Shown: positions 27,021-38,575 of the stretch, piece by piece | Layout: every line of letters starts with the position of its first letter | Position numbering within the stretch: position 1 is the stretch's first letter | Assembly (NCBI GenBank): GCA_977030845.1 | Contig: OZ365112.1 | Location: forward strand, 14,260,001 to 14,324,000 | Reading direction: 5' to 3' | Length of the DNA stretch: 64,000 nt | Origin: Fimbriosthenelais zetlandica | Lineage: Eukaryota | Made by a program: the position numbers and the translations under genes | Notes under the pieces: generated by a model | What the model was told of the DNA's origin: nothing | Seen by the model: the letters and a program-made list of their open reading frames with translations, nothing else | Databases searched by the model: none

Positions 27021-28539
27021 CTATTTTTCCCTATACTACTCACATCACAGAAAATCCATTGAACACGATATGTGGCCTGCTCCCCTGCCTCCATGACTTT
27101 TAAAAAATGCAGTGAAGAGTATGTAGACAATTTAGATATTGTCTGTCGGAGATATTTTGGCGAATAACTTAATCCGCATAATATGGGTTAAACAATTCTA
27201 TACCATTGATGCAACCCCAGTTCTAGACAAGAAAGAAATTGGGGAAGAATTCACATTGTCCATCAGTAGACACTGAGAGATCTGATGGCATCCATCCGTC
27301 AAATGTAGGAAAGCAGAGCCCCTAATTGTGGCCCAGTCTGCCAAGCCTGACTCCAGCTAACGAGGACAAATTAGTTCTATCACTTGCTCCTATCTCTTCC
27401 AAACTCCTTCCGGGTCATCCCGACAACCAGGATGTTTTGACCTGTCACTATGCCAAGCATGGACCTCTGAGAGACCTGAGATCACCTGAGCTGGGACTCA
27501 GTCCTGCTGGGTCCAGGTTCAATGGGAGTTAGGTTTCCTCCCATTAAAAAGAACACTTGGTAAAACGAGAAGGTCTTTTTTCGCTAATTGGTGCCAAGAT
27601 CTGTGTCATCTTGACCGAGATGACCTTAAGTCTGGTCTTGCAATTCAGGTAATGAAACGGATACAATTGCATTTGTTTTTCTTGATGATCATGGAACACG
27701 TATGGTCGCATGAATGCAGACCACAACTGGAGAACAATTTTGATAGAACTTTCCCAAATCATATCTGGGTGATTTTGGGAAATGGAGGATTAATGGTAGG
27801 ATCTAACCCCCTTCCAATTCCCTGTACCACTCTTAAATGCTCTGATGCAAAGCATAAGTTTTCCAATCCATGGATGATCTTATGTAATAAGAAAATGTAT
27901 TAGCTTACATGGATGGTGGAACATGAAGAATATTAAAGAGACCCAAACTGAGCCAGATCGTGGTTGCATCTTACGTGTATGAAACCGACCCCGGATCTAC
28001 ATGTCTGGGTTCCCAATAGTAGGTTCGTGATCGACCACCGATTATCTGAGCACGCATACGGCAGTGAAATATAGGAGGTAATTTGTTTTGGGTCCTGTCT
28101 AATTACGACTGGCTTGATAGCAATCAACTGCATGTTACTGTCTGGAAATAGAGTTTTAAACAAGCTTGCTCCACTGGGGCTTTACTTCAGACTATAAATA
28201 CACTGCTAAACGCTGCTGATACTACCTGGTCATGAACAGTTATTTATCTCATCACTACATGCCAATACATGCACCACATTATCTCATATATTATATTTTT
28301 TTAAATAGTAAGGGAGCAATATGTATTAAAAATTGTCGATAGAAAATCCTATTTTCTTGATTTACCCCTCATCTCAAATTAAAACTGGAAAGATAATTTT
28401 GAAGATTGAACTTAAACAATGAGAAACAATTCTGGGAATGTGTTTCTCTGTGTTGACGTAACTTTATATCGTCAATCCCCACGTAAGAACCTACAAGCGC
28501 CCTTAGTTTCTTCTCAAGTTTCGACTTTCCCTTTCCTTA

Positions 28540-28730
28540 TTTTCTCCAGGCCCGCCCAATAGGCGTGGCTAGACCCATCAATCATTGGTGACTGGCCAAG
28601 CATGACTCCACCTGTCAATCATCCTGGCCGGGGCGGGACATGAGAAACTGCCTTCCTCGTTTTTCCGTCGGGAAATCTTTCCTCTACCGATCCTGGCCTT
28701 GGTCGTATTGATCCAATCAAAATTTAAACC
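28540..28730. promoter_or_regulatory. TALE/HOX + NF-Y + GC-box regulatory module
   Basis: TGATTGATGG (- strand, 28575-28584) and TGATTGACAG (- strand, 28612-28621), CCAAT/ATTGG at ~28556, 28584 and ~28712, and GC boxes GCCCGCCC (~28550) and GGGGCGGGA (~28630). Confidence 0.6.
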
Positions 28731-29449
28731 AACGACTATTATCCCTCCAAACTCTCCCAATTCACTTGTGCCAATATTGTGATGTTTTCTTTTTAAATTA
28801 TGGATGCGCGCAATCGATTCTGTCTGTCTGACCCTCTGCTTTTAGACTTAAAAATTATGGCTCTTACAAGTTTTTATTCCATTTTGGCTGTTGTAGCTGC
28901 TATTTGTAAGGCACTTTTTTAAAGCTTCGCTCTGGTCATAAACGTCAGACATGAAAAATAAATCAAAGTTAGACAAAATGATTTGGAATCATTTAGGTGA
29001 TTTATGGATTTGGCTGGGGCTGTATGTGTTGAGCAGACGCATGTTCTTTTCAACATAGAACATAGAATCATAGGAACGTTTTTAAAAGTTAAAAATCCAT
29101 TAGGAAGACTGTGATGGACCGAACATTTAACATGTCGTCGATCACTAAAAGTTAAATACAGAATTAACATGTTTACTATTAAACAATAGCGTTTCATTTC
29201 GTATGTGCATAACACTTTATAGAGTATCAGCAATGGGAGGGATGACTAATAAGGTTCTGCCAAACTAATGGACTTGCGACCAATTACCAGCCTAATGTTG
29301 TGGAAAGTAGCGACGGGGCTAGTCAAAGACAATAGGCAGGGTCAGTTGTAACCCCTTCTCCACATGCACTCACTCTATTGAATATGCATTACAGATTCAA
29401 AGGGATCTGGTCACTTAATGGTTCGGCCCTAAACTAAGGACATTATGTG

Positions 29450-29670
29450 ATTAGATGAGGAGCGCTCTGCGCCACTATCGCCATGGTCGCCGCGCCTCAG
29501 CGACAAAGGCGCCCGCTGTGGCAGAGTCGCGCGATTTTGCCGCGCGGCAAATTATAATATGGGAGGCACGGAGCGTGGTAGGCCACATCTGGCGCGCGAC
29601 AAAATTAAAAGCCTTTTTCCCTGGCTGCGACTTTTTATTTGATTCTTACCGTGTAATCACTGTGAATTAA
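29450..29670. promoter_or_regulatory. CpG-dense enhancer-like block
   Basis: Several CGCGCG/GGCGCG runs interleaved with TAAT motifs (AAATTATAAT, AAATTAA, GTAATC). Sharp compositional boundary with the flanks. Confidence 0.45.
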
Positions 29671-32600
29671 TGTGCTTTTGATGACATTTAGTTATAAGTT
29701 GCCCCGTGAGGTTCAAGCATGGACGAAGGGGCTTCTACATGGTTGGTTTTACATTGTTGGTATGTTCAGTGTTATTTTATTCACTGTCTCACTGTGTGAT
29801 ATGTTTTCTGATGGCTTTTTCACCATGTCAGGAGTGAAAGGGGAAATTTCTGACACAGATTAATCACCAATGGCTATACTTATTGACATGTCAGGTGGTT
29901 GTCGGCATACATAACATCCTACAAATACATGGTAAAAACAATATGTAAGATTGGAGGTGCAGAGAGAGAGACTGAAGCCGGACAGTTAGACACTGGCAGG
30001 CTTGTGTATCCTGAAGTTTCCACTCCGAAAAACGCACTAATGGGTGGGGGTGATTACGAGGCTGGGTGGCGCAAAACGTCTCTAATGAAACAGTTACTTC
30101 AATTAAGCTTAATTAAGAATGATTTATGGACGATGCCATGCGAATTGTGTAGACTGAATGAGAGTGAACAAAGGTAAGTTGGACACATGCCTTCTGCAAA
30201 ACCAACACCCTTGAATAACCCTCCATAAGAACATTATAATACTACATGTATATTAGGTTAAATGATGAAGTATGTAGGAGAAGTGTTTCATGCTATTGGA
30301 CTGAAAGATCAACTACTTGGGAACAGCTTTAGATATAATTTGGATTTGGCTTGATTCCTCTTGTTGGTTTAAACTTAATGAGATGAGTGTAAGTATGGTG
30401 GGTGACATGTGGTCAGAGCCTGTGTAATTGTCTTATGTATGCCAGTACAGAGTTACCGTCCAAATATGAGGTATTTTATTTAAAATGCCAACATAAAGTG
30501 AACACCTGGCCCTAACGTATTAATGAATTATTCTCATGCCGGCCTGCCATGCCCTAATACATTGCCAAAAGTTATTAATAAATTATATTCCTCTCCATGT
30601 ATCCACTGACTCAACTGACATGGCCTAAACAGTTTGCCCATGTCCATTACAGATTCGAACCTGGCTTGAGCCAAGAAAAATTCTGCTTTCCTGGCTTTGC
30701 CAAGTTATTTTCTTCTAAAATCCTCATATAAAAACCTTTATTTATTGATGTTGATTTGCTAAATCTTGGCTTAAGTTTTACATATGAGAGCAACTTGGCT
30801 CAATGTTACAAATACATGGATATAGCCTCAAGTTATGGGCTCAATTTCCGCCAAAAAGCATTAATACATTGGCATACCAAGATGATGCTTACATTTCTAA
30901 GAATTCATTTGGGGTGTACATTTGAAAGGTATCTTGCATTATACATGTTGGATGCAAGAGTATGGTATAAAATGTAAGCATGTTTTCTGTACAACTGCGT
31001 GCCCAAGAAATGCAAAGAAACCATCACATGCCATTATTAGCAGGACATTTTCTGAAAAAAGTGGCCAATTGCTGAATTTCATGACATAATTTGTTGAACT
31101 TATGCTCGAGCCCATTATGAGGGGATGTCCAAAGTGAACACTCATGAGACCCAAACTAGGGTTTCATTTTGCTCTTCTCTTAAATTATTATTTGAAAAAG
31201 GAATAAATATATCTTTTAAAGCAAAATGTTACTTAGAAATGAAATTGTTTGTGGAAAAGATGAATCTGCAGCTTAGAAATTGTTGATCCTCTGTTGAAGC
31301 TCCGTAAAATACACAGTATTTTAGTCTGTCGTGATTATTTAAATGAAGAAGGATTGGACATGCGTCCAGCTAAGAGATAGACCTTGCATGCTGGAACCAA
31401 ACAGCACGAGATACAACTATCAATCCAATTGTATTTTTGCAGCAAGCTCTCTAATGTATACGCGGCCCATTAAGGGCGGTTTGATTGGATGTAAATATGC
31501 TGCCTATCATACACATTTTGCATGATGAACATGTAGTTTGACATGCTGTTTTAAATGACCTGTAGTTTGTACAAAACAGCATGTGGGGGTCACAGCATGG
31601 TTGGCTGTATATTTATCTACATGTATTCACAAGCATGGGGTAATGGATTCGTCAACATTATAACACTCTGAGCAATTATGTGGGTATACATAATTGGTGC
31701 GACAGATGGGGGAACATGGGTGAAAAAGTGGTGTATATATTACAAATATCTCCCTCTTACTTCTTACTTGCACTTGCTTAATCGCATTTTCTTTTAGAAT
31801 CTTCAAACTTTGGGCGATATACTAATGCCTGTAAAACCTTCTTTCGGGTCTAATTAATTGTTATTCACATTCCTTTATAACGTTTTAGAAGAGTATAACC
31901 ATTTACTAAGGCTTAAGCCAGGTAAAGGTGTATATTTGATTTATGAGGTTTGGTCGTTAATTTTCGCATCTCACCTACAACCTTTTGGCTCGGTATCAGT
32001 CAATTAACCAATTAAGATTATTGCCCTGTCCCAGCTGCATAATAGATGGTTTCTAGATTTTTAAATTATTTTTATTGTGTCATCTACAAATGAATCTGCG
32101 TGATAGATCGTCTCTCAAGTGTCCCTGCTGTGTGAGATCAGAGCCAGATCAGAGAATACCTTACCTTCTCCTTTAAATTTAAAACGCAAAATTGTTCAAG
32201 TTAGAAATGGACATCGCAGTTGTCCTTTCTGTGTTCTATTCCTCGTGGGTGGTATTTAAGTTATTCCTCCACTATTATCCCTAGAGGGAGAGGGGCTTCT
32301 CTTCCCCATCCTCCTGTTTACTATCATCTTTGATACTGACCCCCTACTACCTTGATCCAGCCCTCAATGCATTTAATAGGGGGCCACTCATTATATATGG
32401 TCAAGTATGAAAAGCGATTGATAGCCTACTTCAACATTAACTGTATTTATTGCTTGATTTACAATGGACTTTACTATTGCCAATTGTCCTTCGTACTTAC
32501 CAAACTCGAAACTATCTAAACTATCAATTTAGCCTATTTTCTTTTTGCCCACCTCCAATATCTCAGCCCCTTAATACTGAGGGTTCCCCTCATCCATGTC

Positions 32601-35600
32601 CGTCGCTTTGAAATATCAATAAGTGCATCCCACACTCCATCATCTTTAGTCGCAGGGCGGCAGAGCACACTATAACAAATTAGTGGGCCGTTATGAAGCT
32701 ATCTGAAATATTCATCCCCTTCCCCGAGCTAGGCCCCCTTCTCAGGCCATTTATATACATTGTTCTCACATTACAAGGCCATGGGAGGCAATAGACGGAG
32801 ATGCACCTCCTCTCCTCCATCCCCCATCTTTGTTACATCATTAATAAATACCAAACTCATATTCATTTCAATAAAGCACTTTGTTCTCTTGTGTAACGGA
32901 TGTCAATGTCTGTTTTATTGCTGTTAGCTGCCAATCAAGGCTCTATTTTTTAAGCAATGCAAGACTTGCTCATATGTTGCACTTAATGTAATGAATCTGT
33001 TGGTGAGATAATGACAGACCTATTGTGATGAACTTATCTTATTCCATATTCCATGATGAACATTAATCTTTCATCCTCAATAGTGCCACATTGTAATTTG
33101 TTGTCTATTATTGGTATAGATATATAAATCATTTTCAAAGGACAACAAAATGTCTAGAGGGGTATCTATACCTCCTTCAGTAATAGATCTACCAGATGTA
33201 GCAGATTTTTTCTTTGATATGAGGAAGTGAAATCTGGTCATGAACCAGGAACAACTATCCATGTTTTGCATACAATATTTTCACTACTTTAAGTTGGCAT
33301 TCATCCAGATCACTATTATGTACATTTATAAGAATTATTGGAACAAATTACACTTCCCATACTGGCTGCCAGTTTTTGGAACAATTTCTGTCAGTAATCG
33401 GTTGGTTCTTCCAGTGTTCCTCACTGATATGGTTGGCCTCACAATGTAGAAGTGGAGGCCATCGTTTCAAGAAGAATTTTAACATTAGAATTCTTGATCT
33501 ATTGCTCTGACTGGAGTGGCCAGACATGAACATCAAACACAAATGTTGTGGGCTCCATTTTTATAATCGGAAAATTGACACGTGCACATAAATCCAGCAT
33601 GTTTTACCATGATCTTTTGGAATGTTATAATTGGACCTGACTGTGAAATAAATCATATCCAAGTTTCTCTTAACTTCCCTTCACTCTAATGAGATCCAGA
33701 GGCTGTGTGGACTAGAAATGTCTGTTATATTATGTATTAAAAAGGGGAGGAACTACTTGGAGCCATGCTCTGTACACAGCAGAGTTAATTTTTGAGCAAT
33801 GAAAATTTTGAATTTAACACATTTTCAAAGAAATTTTTCACAACTTCAGGACCTTCACATATCAATTCTCGGAAGACAACTTTCACTTTTTTACTTTCAA
33901 CAGGATGCTCTAGGGGTACATGTGGTACTGTTTGAAAAATATTTTGAGGCTGAACTCTTTAGTTTGGAGTGGATTTGGGTCTCACTCTTGACCTTCAGCA
34001 AGGCCTTCCCACCTCAGATCCCTCAGCCATGGTGTGCTGTGACGCTCCAATCTCAAGTCACGCACCTGCAATTTTCTTCTCCAGGTAGAGGCCAAGGGTA
34101 AAGATGTGGGTGATCACAGACCTGGCTGGCCTTGCTGGAGTTAACTCCTCCTGGCTCTGAGAAAGCCTGGAGAAGGCGGAGGAGGGGATCTAAACTCCTC
34201 CAGGGCAATTATTATAGGTGGAGGAGGTGGTAGTGGTGTCCTAATACAAACCAGGCTCCTCACCTCTGTACCCTTACACTTCTGATCCCTCACCCCTTCC
34301 CCATTGATCTCTCTATTTCACATACATCTTCAGTCGTATATACTGAATTGTTTATTTTCCAATACGAGGGCATGGATCTCTGTCATTGATATATTGCAGG
34401 TTTGGAATATGTAGAAAAAAGATGAAAGGGAGTGAGGGATGTGAAATATTTTGTTATAAACACTGGGGAACTGTAATAGGAACTGTCCCACAAATGATCA
34501 TTTTCCCGGGATGAAGGGTATATAACCTCATTTATGATCAAGCACACAGGGCATTATTGTGACATAATTTGTCCATAATTGAAGAAAAGTATGGAGAAAA
34601 ATTACGCGGTCAAATTGTGTCTGGGGTGGGACTGCAATAATAGTATTATTCTGATTGTAGTGTTTGTCATGCAATGGATCTATAATAAAGTCTGTTTGTA
34701 ATAATATAGCCTATAGCTACAATACAGATAGGCAGCGGAAGGCATTGTGATATATCTATATAATTATATGACTTTCGGCATGTTCTGAACACACAAATAC
34801 ACTTGTATTATTCCCTCGGAAATAATCGGCCAAAGTGGTTGGAATTTGGGATGGGGCCAAGACTTCCCCAAATAAACATGCACAGTGGGAGAGTGGGGAT
34901 TGGGAGATTCTATTGCCAGAAGGTCTCTCTCAAATAATCATCATGGCTGGTTGGCATTGAGGGCGTGGTGGGGATGAGTTGAAAGGCTTGCTGAGTGAAT
35001 CTTCTTGGAGCCGTCAGAATGAACTCGTCTCTCTAGACTAATCAATAGGCTGCCGCCATACACTTCTCCCGCCTGGGTTAGAGGGAGTGTTCTAGTGGCC
35101 CAGATACAGTCCATTACATCCACCCTGCTGCCTCCCGCCACACTTATCTGCCCTTCACGCTTCACTGCACATTGCTGAGATCACTGACCGCTATAGAAGC
35201 CACTTCTTCATTCCCTCCTACATGTTTCAGCCCCGTTTCTCACTCCTGTTCCTGCCCCACCTTTCCCTTTTCTTCTTCCATCTCTTTTTCATAGCTACTA
35301 TCCCCTACCCCTTCACATGGACATTTCCTTCTATACCTCCACTTTTTCTACCATATATTTGTATTTTCCCATTCTTTTCACCTATATAATTACTTTTTTT
35401 CCATTTTATGTACATTTTCTTTTCTTTGTATTTTCATCTTTGCCATAATTTATCTTGGACCCCAAAGTACCCTCTCTTCTCTTCCCATCCTCCAGACCCC
35501 TCTCCTCCCATTTCTCTTTCCTTTAATTCCCTCTCACCCTCCTTCTCTTCCCCCCTCTCCCTCATATCCTTGTTTATATCCATATGATCTCTTTCCTCCT

Positions 35601-37903
35601 GTGACTGGCAGCTTCTCCAGTATCTGGAGGATCTCCACCGATCTCACCTCCACTGGGTTCATCCAGGGGATCACGGTGGGGGATCCAGCAATGATCCCTT
35701 TTGATCTTGTTCACTCAGGGATCCATTAAGCAGGCCACCGAATCCTTCATGTCTTTGTCTGTCCTATCGGTTAAATAGCCACCCACCCATAGAATATCTC
35801 ATACACACGCTCACGCACCATCCAATTCAAGGAAACGTTGAGAAATTTAGTATAAAAAGACAATTCTTGATAGATAACATGTGTCCAGTCAGATGTGATC
35901 AGTTGATTATGCCTAATGGAAATTGTTAAATTGTTAAAATGGTATACAATGAAACTGCTTATAATTGTCTTAGGTATACGGTTTTAACTGATACTTTTGC
36001 GGGCAATGACACTAAATAATTAATGAAGAATACCCAACTATTATTAGTCAGTTAGTCAATAATTTCTATTAAATACGTCCAATAGATTTTGACATTTATT
36101 GTGCCAAAATATCAACCCACAAGCTTTTGATCTCTTGTCCATCTATACGCGTGGGCCTGTCATTTGAATTAATCGTCCTTCTGATAACACTTTTTCCTAT
36201 CTTTTCAGATAACGCCTTTCACTGCACGCCCCAGCCCTCTACCCTGTGTTCACTCATGCAGGTAAAGATGCTTTCATTCGTTGAATACTGCTCCCCATTT
36301 TCAAAACGCACAATTATACTTTTTCCCTCCCTCCAGTTCCATTTGTATTTTGGGGAAGTGGGGTATCTTGTATTCTAATTGCATTAATTGCAGTCATTTG
36401 TAATTCAACACATTGGCCTCAGTCATTAAAACATAATAGGGAAAAGCACGCTAGGCCGTATAACCTAGCTTTTGTTAGTAATTATTGTTCATTATTGCGT
36501 GTGGTTTCCTATCAGCTCCATCGCTTCTATATGTTATTTATGAACCAGCCTTTGTACATCTTTTTTAAAACAGTTAAGATATACATCTGAATGAATTTTT
36601 CATTGTAATCTTGGTGCAAAATGCTGTAATTAGTGTACGGATTGCCAAAAATCTAACTTTAGGGTGAAAATGAGTGTCCAGATTTAGATCTATGGAATGA
36701 TAGACAATGATAGTTTTTTTAGACTTTGAATTTGAATTATCAGCTGTAGTGTAGAAGTACATATTATTTTGTAATGGATATAAATATTCTCATAATGCCG
36801 TCCAAAATTGGTGAAGAATAGAAAGGGGAATGTTGGTATTTATGTATGTTATTAATATGGGAAATTTATTATTACACAATGTCGCAAGAAACTTATTAAA
36901 TGGAGCGTTTTCTGGGAGCATGATGTTGGCAAGTTTCCCTCTATGACACTCGCTACATCCCATCACTGCCAGAGGGGGTGGGTCTAGTTCCAACGACACT
37001 CGCTTGTCTCGCCACCTGACAGAAGCCTCGTGAAGCACAACAAAAGGAGAACATAAGTTTTCTCAGATATCTGGACAAAGTCTTCTGTTCCTTTATGGAG
37101 TGTCTATACCATTATCGTGATTGTAATGGCCTATATGAGTGTACGATAACTCCGCCCTTTCTCGGCTATGATAAGTAGGTGGTGGAGGTGGTAGTAGGAT
37201 GTATAAATGGGCCACAATGACAGGCGCCATGCTGTAATATTGGGGAGGAAGGAGAGAGGAAATTAAGAAGATCATAACAGAGGGGCATGCTTGACATGTG
37301 ATTGGGCGTGAAACTATGTGCAGATAAGCATGTGGGAATTTGTGTAGGGGTGACGTCCACTAAATCATGTTAGTAAATGGTAGAGAGGGGAGCAGCGATC
37401 CCTCCATCCATGTGTTCTTATATTGTGGAAATGTGATGGATGCACCATACTAAATCAACATAGAAAGCAGGCAGATAATACACCAATAACACATCCCAGG
37501 CAATTGGTCGGATGTGAACATTATTATCCGTATATTTGATAGTATTTTTCAGGCCTCTAAAATACTTATTGATTAGGGATTAGTAAATAGTTAACCCTAA
37601 ATTTCTAGATATAAATTCTGTATCATATATTTTAATAATCTATGAATTTAGATAATCAGAACCTCTTATCGGATCTTCCCCAGACAGTTTACCTATATTT
37701 TATCATTCAATTTACATTTGGGAGATCTTTCAGTTTGGATTTGCCTACATAGATCATTGCTTTGTGTAAGTATATTATTTGTAAATATTACTATGTTGAC
37801 AAGTGGCAGAAGTTATCCTCTGCACATGTTTTCTGTAACTTGTCCTGGCTTTATGTTCCTGTGGAGATAACTCCATCCTTCCTCAAGGATATGACCTTAG
37901 CAC

Positions 37904-37917
37904 GTTGCCATGACAAC
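37904..37917. promoter_or_regulatory. RFX X-box
   Basis: GTTGCCATGACAAC, one mismatch from the palindrome GTTGCCATGGCAAC. Confidence 0.5.
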
Positions 37918-38268
37918 TGCTTTGATCTTGCACCTGACAGGTCAGCTGATGGCCATATGATATAATTCTATTTCACCTTCATAATCCATCACTTCAGTGC
38001 TGCCATATTGAATCTGGTGAGCTTTCACTTTTCCCTTCCCCTTCTTCTTCATTCCACCCCGAGCACACACACCAATTTCCACCCCCTCCCACCCGGCTCG
38101 CTGGAGGACGATTATTAATAATAGTCTCTAATAGATCCGCCGATGCCTTGCCGATCCATTACAAGCAGTGTGCGTACTACACAATCATGCCAATTTATCC
38201 TGGCCACCAGAAATTGAATACCCCCATTTTCTCATGGTAACCGCGTTTTAAGATGAATTATTTAATCT

Positions 38269-38282
38269 CTCCTAGATGGCGC
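38269..38282 (+). promoter_or_regulatory. CTCF-like motif
   Basis: CTCCTAGATGGCGC versus consensus CCACYAGRKGGCRC (2 mismatches), ~190 bp from the 38.5 kb promoter. Confidence 0.35.
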
Positions 38283-38459
38283 ACTCATCCATTAGGCGCC
38301 CAAGACACCCTGTATGTCAACAGGCCAGGAAGAATTAGCCCTCTCTATTATTCACTATAAATAATGATCAACCACCGCAAAATACAACCAACCTCCCGCT
38401 CACAAACTTCTACTAAACATTCCCTTCTCTCCCCCGCCTTCTCGTTGTAACGGGCGTCC

Positions 38460-38575
38460 TCTAGCTCCCTTTTTGCTTTCACTTCCGGTGGCTTTTGGCC
38501 GCCATCTTGTTTTCACGGTGGCGTTCTCATTATGTGAGTAGCTCAGGGCCGTTGCTAGGAAGTGACGTAATTTGC
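38460..38575. promoter_or_regulatory. Second housekeeping-type promoter (TCT-like / ETS / YY1 / RFX / ETS-CRE); direction ambiguous
   Basis: CCCTTTTT at 38467-38474 (TCT-like), CACTTCCGG at 38480-38488, GGCCGCCATCTTG at 38497-38509 (YY1), GTTGCTAGG at 38551-38559 (RFX half-site) and GGAAGTGACGTAA at 38558-38570. A + strand donor GTGAGT lies at 38534 and a weaker - strand donor near 38402. Confidence 0.65.

Noticed and set aside
27490-27903. 138-codon open frame with an internal CAG|GTAATG donor at 27648
   Set aside because: The acceptor is weak, the phase is incompatible with the 10863 donor, and no protein family is recognisable.
29899-30179. ORF ending at a strong donor AAG|GTAAGT (30174)
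   Set aside because: No upstream polypyrimidine acceptor and no recognisable peptide.
30650-30720. GGTTCGAATC B-box on the - strand, suggesting a tRNA or tRNA-SINE
   Set aside because: No A-box at suitable spacing and no cloverleaf.
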